Assembly: GCA_035503455.1 (NCBI GenBank)
Contig: DATJTK010000080.1
Span: forward strand, 73,271 to 137,270
DNA: 64,000 nt
Source: Candidatus Sulfotelmatobacter sp.
GTDB taxonomy: Bacteria > Verrucomicrobiota > Verrucomicrobiia > Limisphaerales > UBA11358
Direction of reading: 5' to 3'
The number at the start of each line of letters is the position of its first letter. The stretch's first letter is position 1. Positions 1 through 9,114 of the stretch are shown piece after piece. The notes beneath the pieces were generated by a model, which made no database searches, had not been told where the DNA came from, and worked only from the letters and a program-made list of their open reading frames with translations. A program made the position numbers and the translations under genes.

Positions 1-329
1 GCTCGCCTGCCGTAAAGCACTCCTGCAATTCCTCGATCCTGGTGTCTTCAATGATGGGAATCTTTTGGCCAAAACGAACCAGTGCGTTCACCCCGCCCGT
101 GTGCTGAATGTCACTCAAGCTTGCCTCCAGCACGCACCGCACAAAAATGTAACAGGGAAATAGCGGCTCAATCACCCGAACCAGACCACGCCGCGTAGCC
201 CGCTCCACTCGCAACTGAGGATGAAAAACCTCCAGCTGAAGGTTCTTTCGCAAGTTCGCCGCCGCGATATGCTCGTGCTTGGGTTTGGTTCGCGCGCAAT
301 ACCACGCTGGACTCAACGTTTGCATCATC
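1..329 (-). CDS. NusG/RfaH-like (NGN domain) transcription antiterminator, N-terminal part only (rest lies beyond window start)
   Basis: Absent from the ORF track because it runs off the window. My reverse-strand translation from ATG 329: MMQTLSPAWYCARTKPKHEHIAAANLRKNLQLEVFHPQLRVERATRRGLVRVIEPLFPCYIFVRCVLEASLSDIQHTGGVNALVRFGQKIPIIEDTRIEELQECF. The WY..RTKP..E, PLFPxYxFV and GV..LVRFG patterns are typical of NusG-paralog/RfaH/UpxY NGN domains. Confidence 0.6.
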
Positions 330-973
330 AGTATTTTTCCAAATAAGTTCGGCTCTACGCAGACACCTACGTGTATTTTCGTATTTTTAATTGTTCTGCT
401 GAATTCGCCCGTCCACCCATTCGGAAACCTGCATCTCACACTCAAAAAATTGCCCCGAATGACTGGACAACCTGTCAAAAAGACGAATATACAATGCCAT
501 ATTACCGTTACTTCTGCAATCAGGACGGCTCACTGAATGTGGCCAAGGGGAACGCCTTATAATTTTTGGGACGGGATATACACTATCCGGCCAATTGCCT
601 TCTCATCTCCGCTTATGCTCTATTGATGCTATGGCAAAGCCGCCAGTGTCGGGGGAAAACAAAACAAGAAAAGGAATGAACCAACCTGCGAACCGCTCGC
701 TGATACCCACACGCACCCGCCCGATCAGTAGCATCTGCTCCGGGCTTTTCAGATCCCCTGCGTTGACTCTCAATCAGCATTGTTATCATTATTGTCCGCC
801 GTTCGACTTTCCGCGAACGACCCCACCTCAAACGTCCTTCCACTCTTCCAACTTAACCTTCCAAACAAAAAATGCCTGCTGCAACGGTTTACGTCGTTGC
901 ATAAAAACAAAAACCACATTTCCGGCCTGTTTGCAATCGGGACAATAACCCTATTTTAGCGCAAGAAAAAAAC

Positions 974-1702
974 CTAGACGCTATGGCCGTTTTCGGCTGG
1001 CTGCGGTACCGTCTGATGATACGCTCCCAAGTTCTGCCGTTCCACCCAGTTCGTCGAGTAGCGAATCAGATCTGCCGCGCTCGATAACTTTAACTTACGC
1101 TTGATGTTCTCCCGATGCGTCTCGATGGTCTTGATGCTCAGATGCAGTTTGCCCGCAATGTCACGCGTGTTGACCCCCGCCCCAAGCAATTGAAAAATCT
1201 GCAACTCGCGGTCCGTCAGGTTTCCCGGGCCATCACGCTGGACCCCGGACTTTCTCCCCGCCATCTGATGCAACGCAAGCGCCGCGATCTTTGGACTCAC
1301 GTGAAGTTCCCCGGCCAGCACCGCGCGGATCGCCGCCGGAATCGCTGAAGTCGCATGGTTCTTCATCAGATAACCCCGCGCCCCGGCTTTCAGCACACGC
1401 TCAGCGTATAATGTTTCATCGCACTGCGACACAACCAGCACCGGAACCGACGGATGTTCCAGCGATAAATATTTGATAAAATCCAACCCGCAACCGTCCG
1501 GCAGCAAAATGTCCATCAGCACCAAATCCGGCTCGTGCGCCGCCACTTCATACCGCGCCGATGCAATGCTTTCAACCGCCCCGCAACAAGTCAGGTCCTT
1601 CTCCCGATTGATGATCCGAATCAACCCTTCCCGCACCAGCGGCTGGTCGTCCAGCACCAAAACTTCTGCCTTTTTGTTTTTGGATTCAATCGTCATTGCC
1701 AT
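974..1702 (-). CDS. Two-component response regulator, NarL/LuxR (FixJ) family
   Basis: Receiver domain (VLVLDDQPLVREGL, DLVLMDILLPDGCG) plus a C-terminal LuxR HTH (LTDRELQIFQLLGAGVNTRDIAGKLHLSIKTIETHRENIKRKL). Confidence 0.9.
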   Translation of the reverse strand: MAMTIESKNKKAEVLVLDDQPLVREGLIRIINREKDLTCCGAVESIASARYEVAAHEPDLVLMDILLPDGCGLDFIKYLSLEHPSVPVLVVSQCDETLYAERVLKAGARGYLMKNHATSAIPAAIRAVLAGELHVSPKIAALALHQMAGRKSGVQRDGPGNLTDRELQIFQLLGAGVNTRDIAGKLHLSIKTIETHRENIKRKLKLSSAADLIRYSTNWVERQNLGAYHQTVPQPAENGHSV

Positions 1703-2406
1703 CTCTAAGTATTAAACATTTTAATCTTAAACCACATCCCGCCCCAGCCGTCGTCGTCTGCCTGTAACGACATCTCTCAACTACCACAGGGCAGGAAATT
1801 CACTTAACTTTCCTAAGGAACTATACCTAACCCCAAAATACTGTCAATCACCTTCAAGCGATTGCCATCGCCATCCCTCCGATCCGTCTGATCCGTCCAA
1901 TTGTGAAAACTCCACGTCCACACGTGGCCCAACAATTGCTTCAAGCGCATCCGTAACGCATGACACAACAAGCAGCAAAATACACCGGATGCATTGGTTC
2001 CACCCCTGAACTCGGACTTTGGGCGAAATTCGTCGCCTTCGTCCGCAATTTCATTAAGAACCAAATCCCCGAAGGATATCAGGACGAAAATGGGTTCCAT
2101 CCCGGCGTAAAACACTCGGAATAGAGGTCTTTTGGGGGCATTTTCGCCTCTGACTCCTCTTTCCGCGCACTCAAACACGAACCCAACCCTGTAGATTCGT
2201 GTCCCATTCCTGAACCTTTGCCTGTCTCATTTATAGACACCCTCATCCTCATCGTCATCCTCAAAAATTAAGAATCCTTCTCAATACCACCTCCGCACCG
2301 TAGTCCCGCAAATCCCCTCTTCCTGTAGTTCGCATATTTCGTTGTTAATTCCGTTCGCAACTATTTTTCCCTTTCACCCCATGCCATTACACGCCATTTT
2401 AAACGC

Positions 2407-3462
2407 ATGTCGTTCCTCCTCACCGACCTTGCTGTCATCGCGCTGACCGCGATCGTGTCCTGGTGGCTGAGCGGCTTCGATTCACGGCTGACTGGAGAAG
2501 ACGGATGGGAGGACATCACCCGGCGCGCGCTCCGTTGCGGAATTACCCTATTGGTTGTCCAGGTCGGCTTCTATGCCCTCCGGCGATACCAGATGACCGG
2601 CGACCGCTCGGCGGGCTTTTTATACCTGGCCATGCTGGCGCCATTGTTATTGCTGTGGGTTGGATGCATCAGTGAGGCCTGTGCGCAAAACTTTCATCAT
2701 CTGATAGATCCGCAGGACAAACGGCCCTACGACCCAAAAGCCGCTGTGCGCGAACTCGATGCAGTTGGAAATTTAATTCGAAGTGGCCGCAAAGACCAGG
2801 CCATCGAATTATGCCGGATACTTCTGCAAACCTCACCTGAACACCAGGCCGCGTTGGAAGCGACCCTGCATCACCTCGGCGCTCCCCCGCCCGAATCGCC
2901 CAAACAACTCAAGCCAGTGACCGAGGCCGGCAAGTTGCGCAAGGCAGGAAAATTCGAAGAAGCCAAAATTCTTTTAAACGTGTTGCTGGAACACAACCCC
3001 TCGAACCTGGAAGCCGCATTAATGCTGATTCGCCTTTATGCGCATGATTTGCATCAGCCGGCCATGGCCAGCGAAGTGTTGCGGTCGCTCGAAAAACAAC
3101 CTCACGTCCCCGCAGCCTACATCGAGATTGCCCGCCACTCGATCACCCATCAGCCACTGCCTGTCGCCAGTGCCTCGGCGGCCGCCGATGAACCGCTGCC
3201 CGAATCCATTGACGAACTCCTGGAGAAAAGGTATTTCGGCACCGCCGTGGACCTGCTGGAAAAACAATGTGAAGCCGAGCCCGCAAATTTTGGGCCGTGG
3301 ATAAAACTCGCGGAAGTCCACGGCCTCCACTGCGCCAATCTAAAATTGGCAGAAAAGACAATCCACCAAATCGAAACCAATCCCGCCTTCACCTCAGATC
3401 AAAAACAACAGGCCAGAAACCGCCTCCATGACTGGCGCAACCGTTCGGTGTCCACGCTTTAG
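2407..3462 (+). CDS. Membrane-anchored TPR-like repeat protein (hypothetical)
   Basis: 351-aa ORF with N-terminal hydrophobic segments (LAVIALTAIVSWWL, ITLLVVQVGFYAL, LYLAMLAPLLLLWVG). These are followed by helical-repeat sequence (GRKDQAIELCRILLQTSPEH, GKFEEAKILLNVLLEHNPSN). The last codons and the TAG stop lie inside a dispersed hairpin repeat. Confidence 0.5.
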   Translation: MSFLLTDLAVIALTAIVSWWLSGFDSRLTGEDGWEDITRRALRCGITLLVVQVGFYALRRYQMTGDRSAGFLYLAMLAPLLLLWVGCISEACAQNFHHLIDPQDKRPYDPKAAVRELDAVGNLIRSGRKDQAIELCRILLQTSPEHQAALEATLHHLGAPPPESPKQLKPVTEAGKLRKAGKFEEAKILLNVLLEHNPSNLEAALMLIRLYAHDLHQPAMASEVLRSLEKQPHVPAAYIEIARHSITHQPLPVASASAAADEPLPESIDELLEKRYFGTAVDLLEKQCEAEPANFGPWIKLAEVHGLHCANLKLAEKTIHQIETNPAFTSDQKQQARNRLHDWRNRSVSTL

Positions 3463-3541
3463 CGTGCTCCGGGGTTCGACGTCCCATCTCCCAACTCCAA
3501 ATCCTTGTAACAATTCTCCGCCTTTCCTGAAGTAACAGGCG

Positions 3542-5161
3542 ATGAACGAACCGTCATTTGGAGAAACCCACGGCAATTTCTATCTGCTCATGGAATTTGT
3601 GGACGGCTTGACACTCCGGCAATTGCTCCAGGACCGCAAACTTTCCGCGCCCGAAGCCCTCGCCATCGTCCCCAAAATTTGCGATGCCCTTCAATACGCC
3701 CACAGCCAGGGCATCGTTCACCGCGACATCAAGCCCGAAAACATTCTCGTGGACAAAGAAGGCCATGTGAAAATCGCAGACTTTGGCATCGCCAAAATCC
3801 TCGGTGACGGCGAACGCGCAAACCTGACCGAGGCCCAGGCAATCGGTACCCCGCATTACATGTCGCCTGAACAAATTGAAAAGCCACAAACCGTGGATCA
3901 TCGCGCGGACATCTATTCCCTCGGCGTCGTCTTTTACGAAATGCTCACCGGCGAGTTGCCGCTCGGAAAATTCCAGCCGCCGTCGAAAAAAGTCCACGTG
4001 GACGTGCGCCTGGATGAAATAGTCCTGCGAGCACTGGAAAAAGAACCTGAACGCCGCTATCAACAGGCCAGCGAAGTCAAAACGCAGGTGGAAACGGTCG
4101 CCGCTAGCGCCCAACCAACAATCCGCGCCGCGGACCGAGGTCCCGTCAGCGCGGCGCCACAGTCCGTCGGCGCGTGGAAGCCCGTGGCTATCGTCGTCGG
4201 TGTGGCAGCCGCGATCACAGCGGCAATCATATTACTCGCATTTCTCGGTCTTTTGGCAGCGATCGCCATTCCCAATTTCGTCAAAGGACGAGAACAGGCT
4301 CAGGAACTGTTTCAGCAAGAACATACAAATGAGGTGCCCGCGTCCACCCTGACATGGTCGCCAACGCTCGCGCCAGGCGAGAAGCCGGATTTCAACAAAA
4401 TTCTAAGCGACGCTCAAACCCTCACAGCCGAGGGCAGCTACGAGGATGCCTTGCAACACTTACTTTGGTATTTTGATCATACCAGAACCGACCCCGCCAG
4501 CGGCCAGGAAGGCGTACGCCTTTCATTCGCGCTTTCCTACTGGATTGAACTGGGCCGCCGTTATCCAAAGGCAAAGCGGGCCCTCATCGAAATTCGCGAT
4601 GCCGACGCCCGCAAATTTTCAGAAAATACCGGCTATGCCGATCTGTTTCAGGAAGTCGCCGGCATCAACCAATATCTCGGCACCAACGATGCAACCGTGG
4701 CTCTGTTCAAAACCATTGAGCAGAGCGATCCGCAATTGGCCCAGGAATGTTTCAACTACGCCGAAAATACTCTTTTTCAAAAAGGCGACTACGTGACGTG
4801 TCGAAAATATCTCGGCGACCCGCAGAAGGCCTTTGATATCATCCGCGAGGGGTGGCAGCGGATGAAACAATTCGAGCAACGAACGGCAACCCAAAATGAG
4901 GACCAAAGAAAACGCTTCAAGGAAATGGCCAAAACCAATGCGCTGTTTGCGCAATTCCCGGATATTCCCTCGCCGCCGCCCTTGGCCGACGACAATTTCG
5001 TCCGCCAGACCCGCCAATTAATCGAAATCCTGGTTGCAACCGGAAGCAAATCCGAGGCTGAAAACATCCAAACCCAGGCCCTTGCCGCTCTTAACGATCC
5101 GCGCCTCCAAACCGCTGTCCAGGATGCCGAAGCAACCATTGCCGGCCACGATGCGCGGTGA
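3542..5161 (+). CDS. Ser/Thr protein kinase-like protein lacking the N-lobe; C-lobe + TM segment + helical-repeat C-terminal domain
   Basis: The ORF begins at the hinge (YLLMEFVDG). It has HRDIKPEN, DFGIAK and GTPHYMSPE, then a TM segment (VAIVVGVAAAITAAIILLAFLGLLAAIAI) and a roughly 280-aa helical domain. There is no GxGxxG or VAxK. An in-frame TAA sits at 3533-3535. Confidence 0.6.
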   Translation: MNEPSFGETHGNFYLLMEFVDGLTLRQLLQDRKLSAPEALAIVPKICDALQYAHSQGIVHRDIKPENILVDKEGHVKIADFGIAKILGDGERANLTEAQAIGTPHYMSPEQIEKPQTVDHRADIYSLGVVFYEMLTGELPLGKFQPPSKKVHVDVRLDEIVLRALEKEPERRYQQASEVKTQVETVAASAQPTIRAADRGPVSAAPQSVGAWKPVAIVVGVAAAITAAIILLAFLGLLAAIAIPNFVKGREQAQELFQQEHTNEVPASTLTWSPTLAPGEKPDFNKILSDAQTLTAEGSYEDALQHLLWYFDHTRTDPASGQEGVRLSFALSYWIELGRRYPKAKRALIEIRDADARKFSENTGYADLFQEVAGINQYLGTNDATVALFKTIEQSDPQLAQECFNYAENTLFQKGDYVTCRKYLGDPQKAFDIIREGWQRMKQFEQRTATQNEDQRKRFKEMAKTNALFAQFPDIPSPPPLADDNFVRQTRQLIEILVATGSKSEAENIQTQALAALNDPRLQTAVQDAEATIAGHDAR

Positions 5162-5228
5162 AATGTCCCAAAAATGAAAACTCCCGGCTTGCTTTCACGG
5201 CACTATTCAGAGAAACTCATCATTCTTT

Positions 5229-5939
5229 ATGGAATCACACGACGCGGCGGCCACGTTCATGTTGAAGCTTTGGCCGTGGATAGAAACGAATAAGAATAAA
5301 CTTGTCACCGGGACGGCCATCGTTCTTGTGATTGTTCTCGGGTTTTTCCTCTATTTCTGGCGGCGCGACGCAAATCGAATCTCGGCGGGCGACGCTGTAA
5401 CGCAGAATATGCTAACGCTTCAGCCGAATTCCCCCCCGGCCACGGTTTTTCAAAGCTACATGGACGTGGCCAGCGACTACCCCAACACACCCGCAGGCGA
5501 ACGGGCCCTTCTTCAGGCCGCAACCATCATGTTTACCCAGGGCAAATACCCCGATTCCCAGCACTATTTTCAGCAATACCTCGATACGCACCCGGACGGT
5601 CAATTCTCCGGCATCGCCGCTTTGGGCGTGGCCAAATCCCTGGAAGCTGAAGGCAAAATCAACGACGCCGAGGGCGCCTATAACCACGTCATCAATGATT
5701 TTGCTACGGACGGACAAAGCGTCAACCGTGCCCGCTTCTGCCTCGCGCTCTTGAATTTGCAGCAGGGGCGTTACCAGGATGCATTCTCACTTTTTCAAAC
5801 TGTGTATCAGGCAGACCAGTACGGCCCGCTGGGAGGTGAAGCCCGCAATTACCTGGTCGAGTTGCAGTCAAAACTTCCGCGCCAGCCTTCAACGGCGCCC
5901 TCTGCTGCGCCCTCTCCGTCATTCAATCTCAGTCACTAA
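5229..5939 (+). CDS. Single-pass membrane TPR protein (YfgM-like, hypothetical)
   Basis: N-terminal TM segment (LVTGTAIVLVIVLGFFLYFW) followed by TPR-like helices (AATIMFTQGKYPDSQHYFQQYLDTHPD, SLEAEGKINDAEGAYNHVINDF, LLNLQQGRYQDAFSLFQTV). Confidence 0.55.
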   Translation: MESHDAAATFMLKLWPWIETNKNKLVTGTAIVLVIVLGFFLYFWRRDANRISAGDAVTQNMLTLQPNSPPATVFQSYMDVASDYPNTPAGERALLQAATIMFTQGKYPDSQHYFQQYLDTHPDGQFSGIAALGVAKSLEAEGKINDAEGAYNHVINDFATDGQSVNRARFCLALLNLQQGRYQDAFSLFQTVYQADQYGPLGGEARNYLVELQSKLPRQPSTAPSAAPSPSFNLSH

Positions 5940-5957
5940 ATCCAACCCGAGCGTAAG

Positions 5958-7247
5958 ATGAAGCTAACCATCATTGGAACAGGCTACGTTGGCCTCGTTA
6001 CCGGCACGTGTTTTGCCGAAGTCGGCCATAACGTTATTTGCGTGGACAACGATGCCGCAAAAGTAAAACTGCTCCAAAACGGCGGCATCCCCATCTACGA
6101 ACCGAAACTCCAGGAATTGGTCCAGAAAAATGTCGCCGCCGGAAGGCTTGCTTTCACAAACAGCACCGCCGAAGGAGTCGAAAAATCCGACGTCATATTC
6201 ATCGCCGTGCCCACGCCGCCGCAGCCGGACGGCTCCGTGGATTTGAGCTTTATCGAACGTGTCGCGCGCGACATCGCCTCGGCCATGACCAGCTATAAAA
6301 TCGTCGTGGATAAAAGCACCGTCCCCGTCAAGACCGGTGAACGAGTCTCGGAGACCATCAAACGCTATTGCAAAGCCAAAGTCGAATTCGACGTCGTCAG
6401 CAACCCGGAATTTTTGCGCGAAGGGTTCGCCGTGGATGATTTAATGAAGCCCGACCGCGTCGTCATCGGCGTCCGCTCGCCCCGCCCCGTCTCGGCGATG
6501 AAAGAAATCTACACGCCGTTCAAAGCGCCAATCATTGTCACAGACATCGCCTCGGCCGAACTTATCAAACACGCGGCCAATTCATTTTTGGCACTCAAAA
6601 TTTCCTATATCAACGCTATTTCCATCGTCTGCGAGGCCTCCGGCGCCAACGTCCAGCAGGTGGCCGAAGGCATTGGCCTGGACGAACGCATTGGACGCCG
6701 CTTCCTGAATGCGGGCATCGGCTTCGGCGGCAGTTGTTTCCCAAAAGACCTGAGCGCCTTCATCAAAATTTCCGAGCAGATCGGCTACGATTTCCGGCTG
6801 CTTCAGGAAGTCCAGCGCATCAACACCCAACAGATGGATAGGTTCGTCAAAAAAATCACCGATACGTTGTGGGTCTTGAGAGATAAAACCATCGGGGTGC
6901 TCGGCCTGGCCTTCAAACAAAACACCGACGACGTGCGCATGTCGCCCGCTATTGATCTGTGCCAGCGCCTGCAAAAAGAAGGCGCCACATTGCGCGTCCA
7001 CGATCCCAAGGCCATGGAAAAGGCCAAACCACTCCTGCCCGCTGTCACCTATGTGGACGACATGAATTCGGTTGCCGAAGGTTGCGACGCGCTTATCATT
7101 GCGACCGAATGGGAGGAATTTAAAGCGCTCGACCTGGACCGCGCCCAAAAAGCGCTAAGTCATCCGATCATGTTTGACGGACGAAATCTCTTTGATCCGG
7201 TTGAAATGGAAAAACGCGGTTGGATTTACAAAAGTGTCGGCCGCTAG
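5958..7247 (+). CDS. ugd: UDP-glucose 6-dehydrogenase
   Basis: MKLTIIGTGYVGLVTGTCFAEVGHNVICVD Rossmann N-terminus, SNPEFLREG, and the GFGGSCFPKD catalytic-Cys motif. Length is 429 aa. Confidence 0.95.
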   Translation: MKLTIIGTGYVGLVTGTCFAEVGHNVICVDNDAAKVKLLQNGGIPIYEPKLQELVQKNVAAGRLAFTNSTAEGVEKSDVIFIAVPTPPQPDGSVDLSFIERVARDIASAMTSYKIVVDKSTVPVKTGERVSETIKRYCKAKVEFDVVSNPEFLREGFAVDDLMKPDRVVIGVRSPRPVSAMKEIYTPFKAPIIVTDIASAELIKHAANSFLALKISYINAISIVCEASGANVQQVAEGIGLDERIGRRFLNAGIGFGGSCFPKDLSAFIKISEQIGYDFRLLQEVQRINTQQMDRFVKKITDTLWVLRDKTIGVLGLAFKQNTDDVRMSPAIDLCQRLQKEGATLRVHDPKAMEKAKPLLPAVTYVDDMNSVAEGCDALIIATEWEEFKALDLDRAQKALSHPIMFDGRNLFDPVEMEKRGWIYKSVGR

Positions 7248-7387
7248 CAATGGATCTGGCACCGATTTGGCGTCCACCCTTTAGGGTGCCCCGGGCGAAA
7301 TCCATGATGCGCGGCCCGACCGGGGTCTGATGGAGAAGACTTTCCTGTTTTCCTGCCTTCCTCATTGTTTTAATCTGTGTTTCATCT

Positions 7388-7807
7388 GTGGACATCTGTG
7401 GCTCCAAAATAATTGACGTCAGCGCCGCCCTCATTTTCCACAACGGCCGCCTTTTAATCACGCAACGCCCTGCCGAGTCACACCTGGGCGGGCTTTGGGA
7501 ATTTCCAGGCGGCAAACGCGAGCCGAACGAAACCTTCGAGCAATGCCTCATTCGCGAAATTCGCGAAGAACTCGGCATGGACATCGCCCCGGGCGAATTA
7601 TTCGAAGAAATCACCCACGCTTACCCGGAACGGACCGTCCATTTAAAATTTTTTATCTGCCAATGGATTGGCGGTGAGCCACAGGCCCTCGGCTGCGCCT
7701 CATTCAAATGGGTCGCCAAATCCGAACTGAGCCAGCACGAATTTCCCGCTGCCGACGCCCAATTGCTCGAAAAACTCACGCGCGGTTGGGTGAGAGACGG
7801 GAGATAG
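7388..7807 (+). CDS. mutT: Nudix hydrolase, MutT-type (8-oxo-dGTP diphosphatase family)
   Basis: Nudix box GGLWEFPGGKREPNETFEQCLIREIREELG. Size is 139 aa. The start is GTG and is uncertain. Confidence 0.85.
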   Translation: MDICGSKIIDVSAALIFHNGRLLITQRPAESHLGGLWEFPGGKREPNETFEQCLIREIREELGMDIAPGELFEEITHAYPERTVHLKFFICQWIGGEPQALGCASFKWVAKSELSQHEFPAADAQLLEKLTRGWVRDGR

Positions 7808-7811
7808 AACC

Positions 7812-7950
7812 GAAGGTGGTGGAGGACGGCGCACTGCGCCGTCCCGCCCGCGCAGAGCGGGCGGAACATACGTGGTACAACGGTTGACCACGCTCATTGC
7901 GCCGCTGCACGCGGCGCTACACGGCGCAGCGCGCCGTGTTCCACCACACC
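7812..7950. repeat. GC-rich multi-hairpin REP-like element (four stem-loops)
   Basis: Stem-loops: ggacggcgcactgcgccgtcc (7824-7844), cgcccgcgcagagcgggcg (7845-7863), gcgccgctgcacgcggcgc (7899-7917) and acacggcgcagcgcgccgtgt (7919-7939). Related copies occur at 35889-35945, 41247-41380 and 54653-54710. Confidence 0.8.
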
Positions 7951-8027
7951 GCGGTTCATGGAGAGGCGCATTTTAAGATTCAAAACTTCTTCTTGCCGCG
8001 ATACCTGCACCCGTTCATTTTTCTAAA

Positions 8028-8168
8028 ATGACATCGGATAATTCGCACGGCGACGGCCAATCTCGCCGCACATTTCTTAAAATCGGAGCAAGCGCTCTCG
8101 GAGGTTTGGCGCTGGGACAGCGATCATTCGGCAGCCCTGCGGCGGACGGCGCCTCGCCCGCGGCGTGA
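8028..8168 (+). pseudogene. Orphan twin-arginine (Tat) signal-peptide fragment, remnant of a secreted-protein gene
   Basis: My translation: MTSDNSHGDGQSRRTFLKIGASALGGLALGQRSFGSPAADGASPAA*. It has an SRRxFLK Tat motif plus an h-region, then stops after 46 aa and runs into repeat-filled non-coding DNA. Confidence 0.35.
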
Positions 8169-8253
8169 GAGCGTCAGAGCGTGAGAATGAGACAACGGGA
8201 GAATGCTTGTTCCGAGGAGGGGGGTGCCTGGCGTAACGGTTACGGACTACGCA

Positions 8254-8359
8254 CACATTTTTTGTATATAGCCGATGCAACAAGAAACGAACGCCGTTTT
8301 AGGGTTAAAAAGTGCGATTTTGTTGGGAAAGTTGAGGGTTTTGGCGGCGTGGACCTGGA
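8254..8359 (+). repeat. Dispersed ~105-bp element (family also present as an inverted pair at 53058-53387)
   Basis: The stretch from cacattttttgtatatagccgatgcaacaagaaacgaacg to ggttttggcggcgtggacctgga aligns by eye with the reverse complement of 53281-53387. That copy runs from cacattttttggatatggggattgcaaaagggaaacgaacg to ggccagggacctgga. Confidence 0.6.
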
Positions 8360-8455
8360 ACGAGCGTCTTCGCGATGCTTACGCATTCGTCTGGCTGCGG
8401 CGGACAAGACGCGCGGCATGGGCGCGTGTGGCTGCGGACGCGGACTGACACGCTT

Positions 8456-8535
8456 CTCACCCTCACCCCGGCCCTCCCCTCAGAGGGCCCTCAGAGGGAG
8501 AGGGGAGGGAGAGGGAGAACGATGGCACCGTTGGT
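8456..8535 (-). repeat. 'ctccctctccc/gggagaggg' hairpin element, inverted copy of the 49027-49270 family
   Basis: The sequence ctcaccccggccctcccctcagagggccctcagagggagaggggagggagagggagaacgatgg is the reverse complement of the catcg..ttctccctctccc..gggagagggccggggtgag pattern seen at 49100-49155. Confidence 0.65.
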
Positions 8536-9114
8536 TGGATAATTTTTACGGCGAGGTTGGCCGGACGGTCTGGGTGCGAGTGGCAGGGCAAGAGAGGAAT
8601 TGTCCCTTTCGATGATCAAAAAATGAGTTTTAAACACGGTTTTTTCCCAAAAAAGTACGCCGAATCACTGAAAATGGCAGCCTTGCCAATGCCATCGGCG
8701 TCAAAGATGCGTGGAAAATATGGTTTTTTTGAAAGCGTCATAGCGAATTGTCCCCCATCAAGGCGGAACGTGGGGACAATTCGCCGTGGGCGGAGATGGG
8801 GCGAAGATGGAGGATGGAGGATGGAAGACGAGACCTGACCGTGAGGGAGCGGTTCGGCTTCGGCTTGCGCCGCGGGCGCGCCAGGGGCCACGAAATTTCC
8901 GAACCCCAAAAGCTTGCCGCGGCGAAGCATTGCGATTCCGGGCCAGCGTCCGCGTAGAATTTGCGAAGCCGGGTCCATTGATTCAATAATCTAAAAATCC
9001 AATGTCTGATGGTCATGGTAGCAGTTTCTCAGGCAATTGGACGATTACAAGCACTACATTTGGAACCCCAAAAAAGTTCAACGCTGGCGCGGCGATTTAG
9101 GGACAGAAATTTTT

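Noticed and set aside
1813-2178. 121-aa minus-strand ORF in the 700-bp spacer between the LuxR regulator and the TPR gene
   Set aside because: No recognisable motif, signal or start context. It overlaps other equally weak ORFs. The evidence is insufficient to call a gene.
3465-3510. tRNA-like 'ggggttcgacgtccc' (T-loop-like GTTCGA) after the TPR gene
   Set aside because: No acceptor or anticodon arms can be built from the flanking sequence. Upstream is coding DNA plus a known repeat, and there is no matching 3' acceptor stem. It is not a tRNA.
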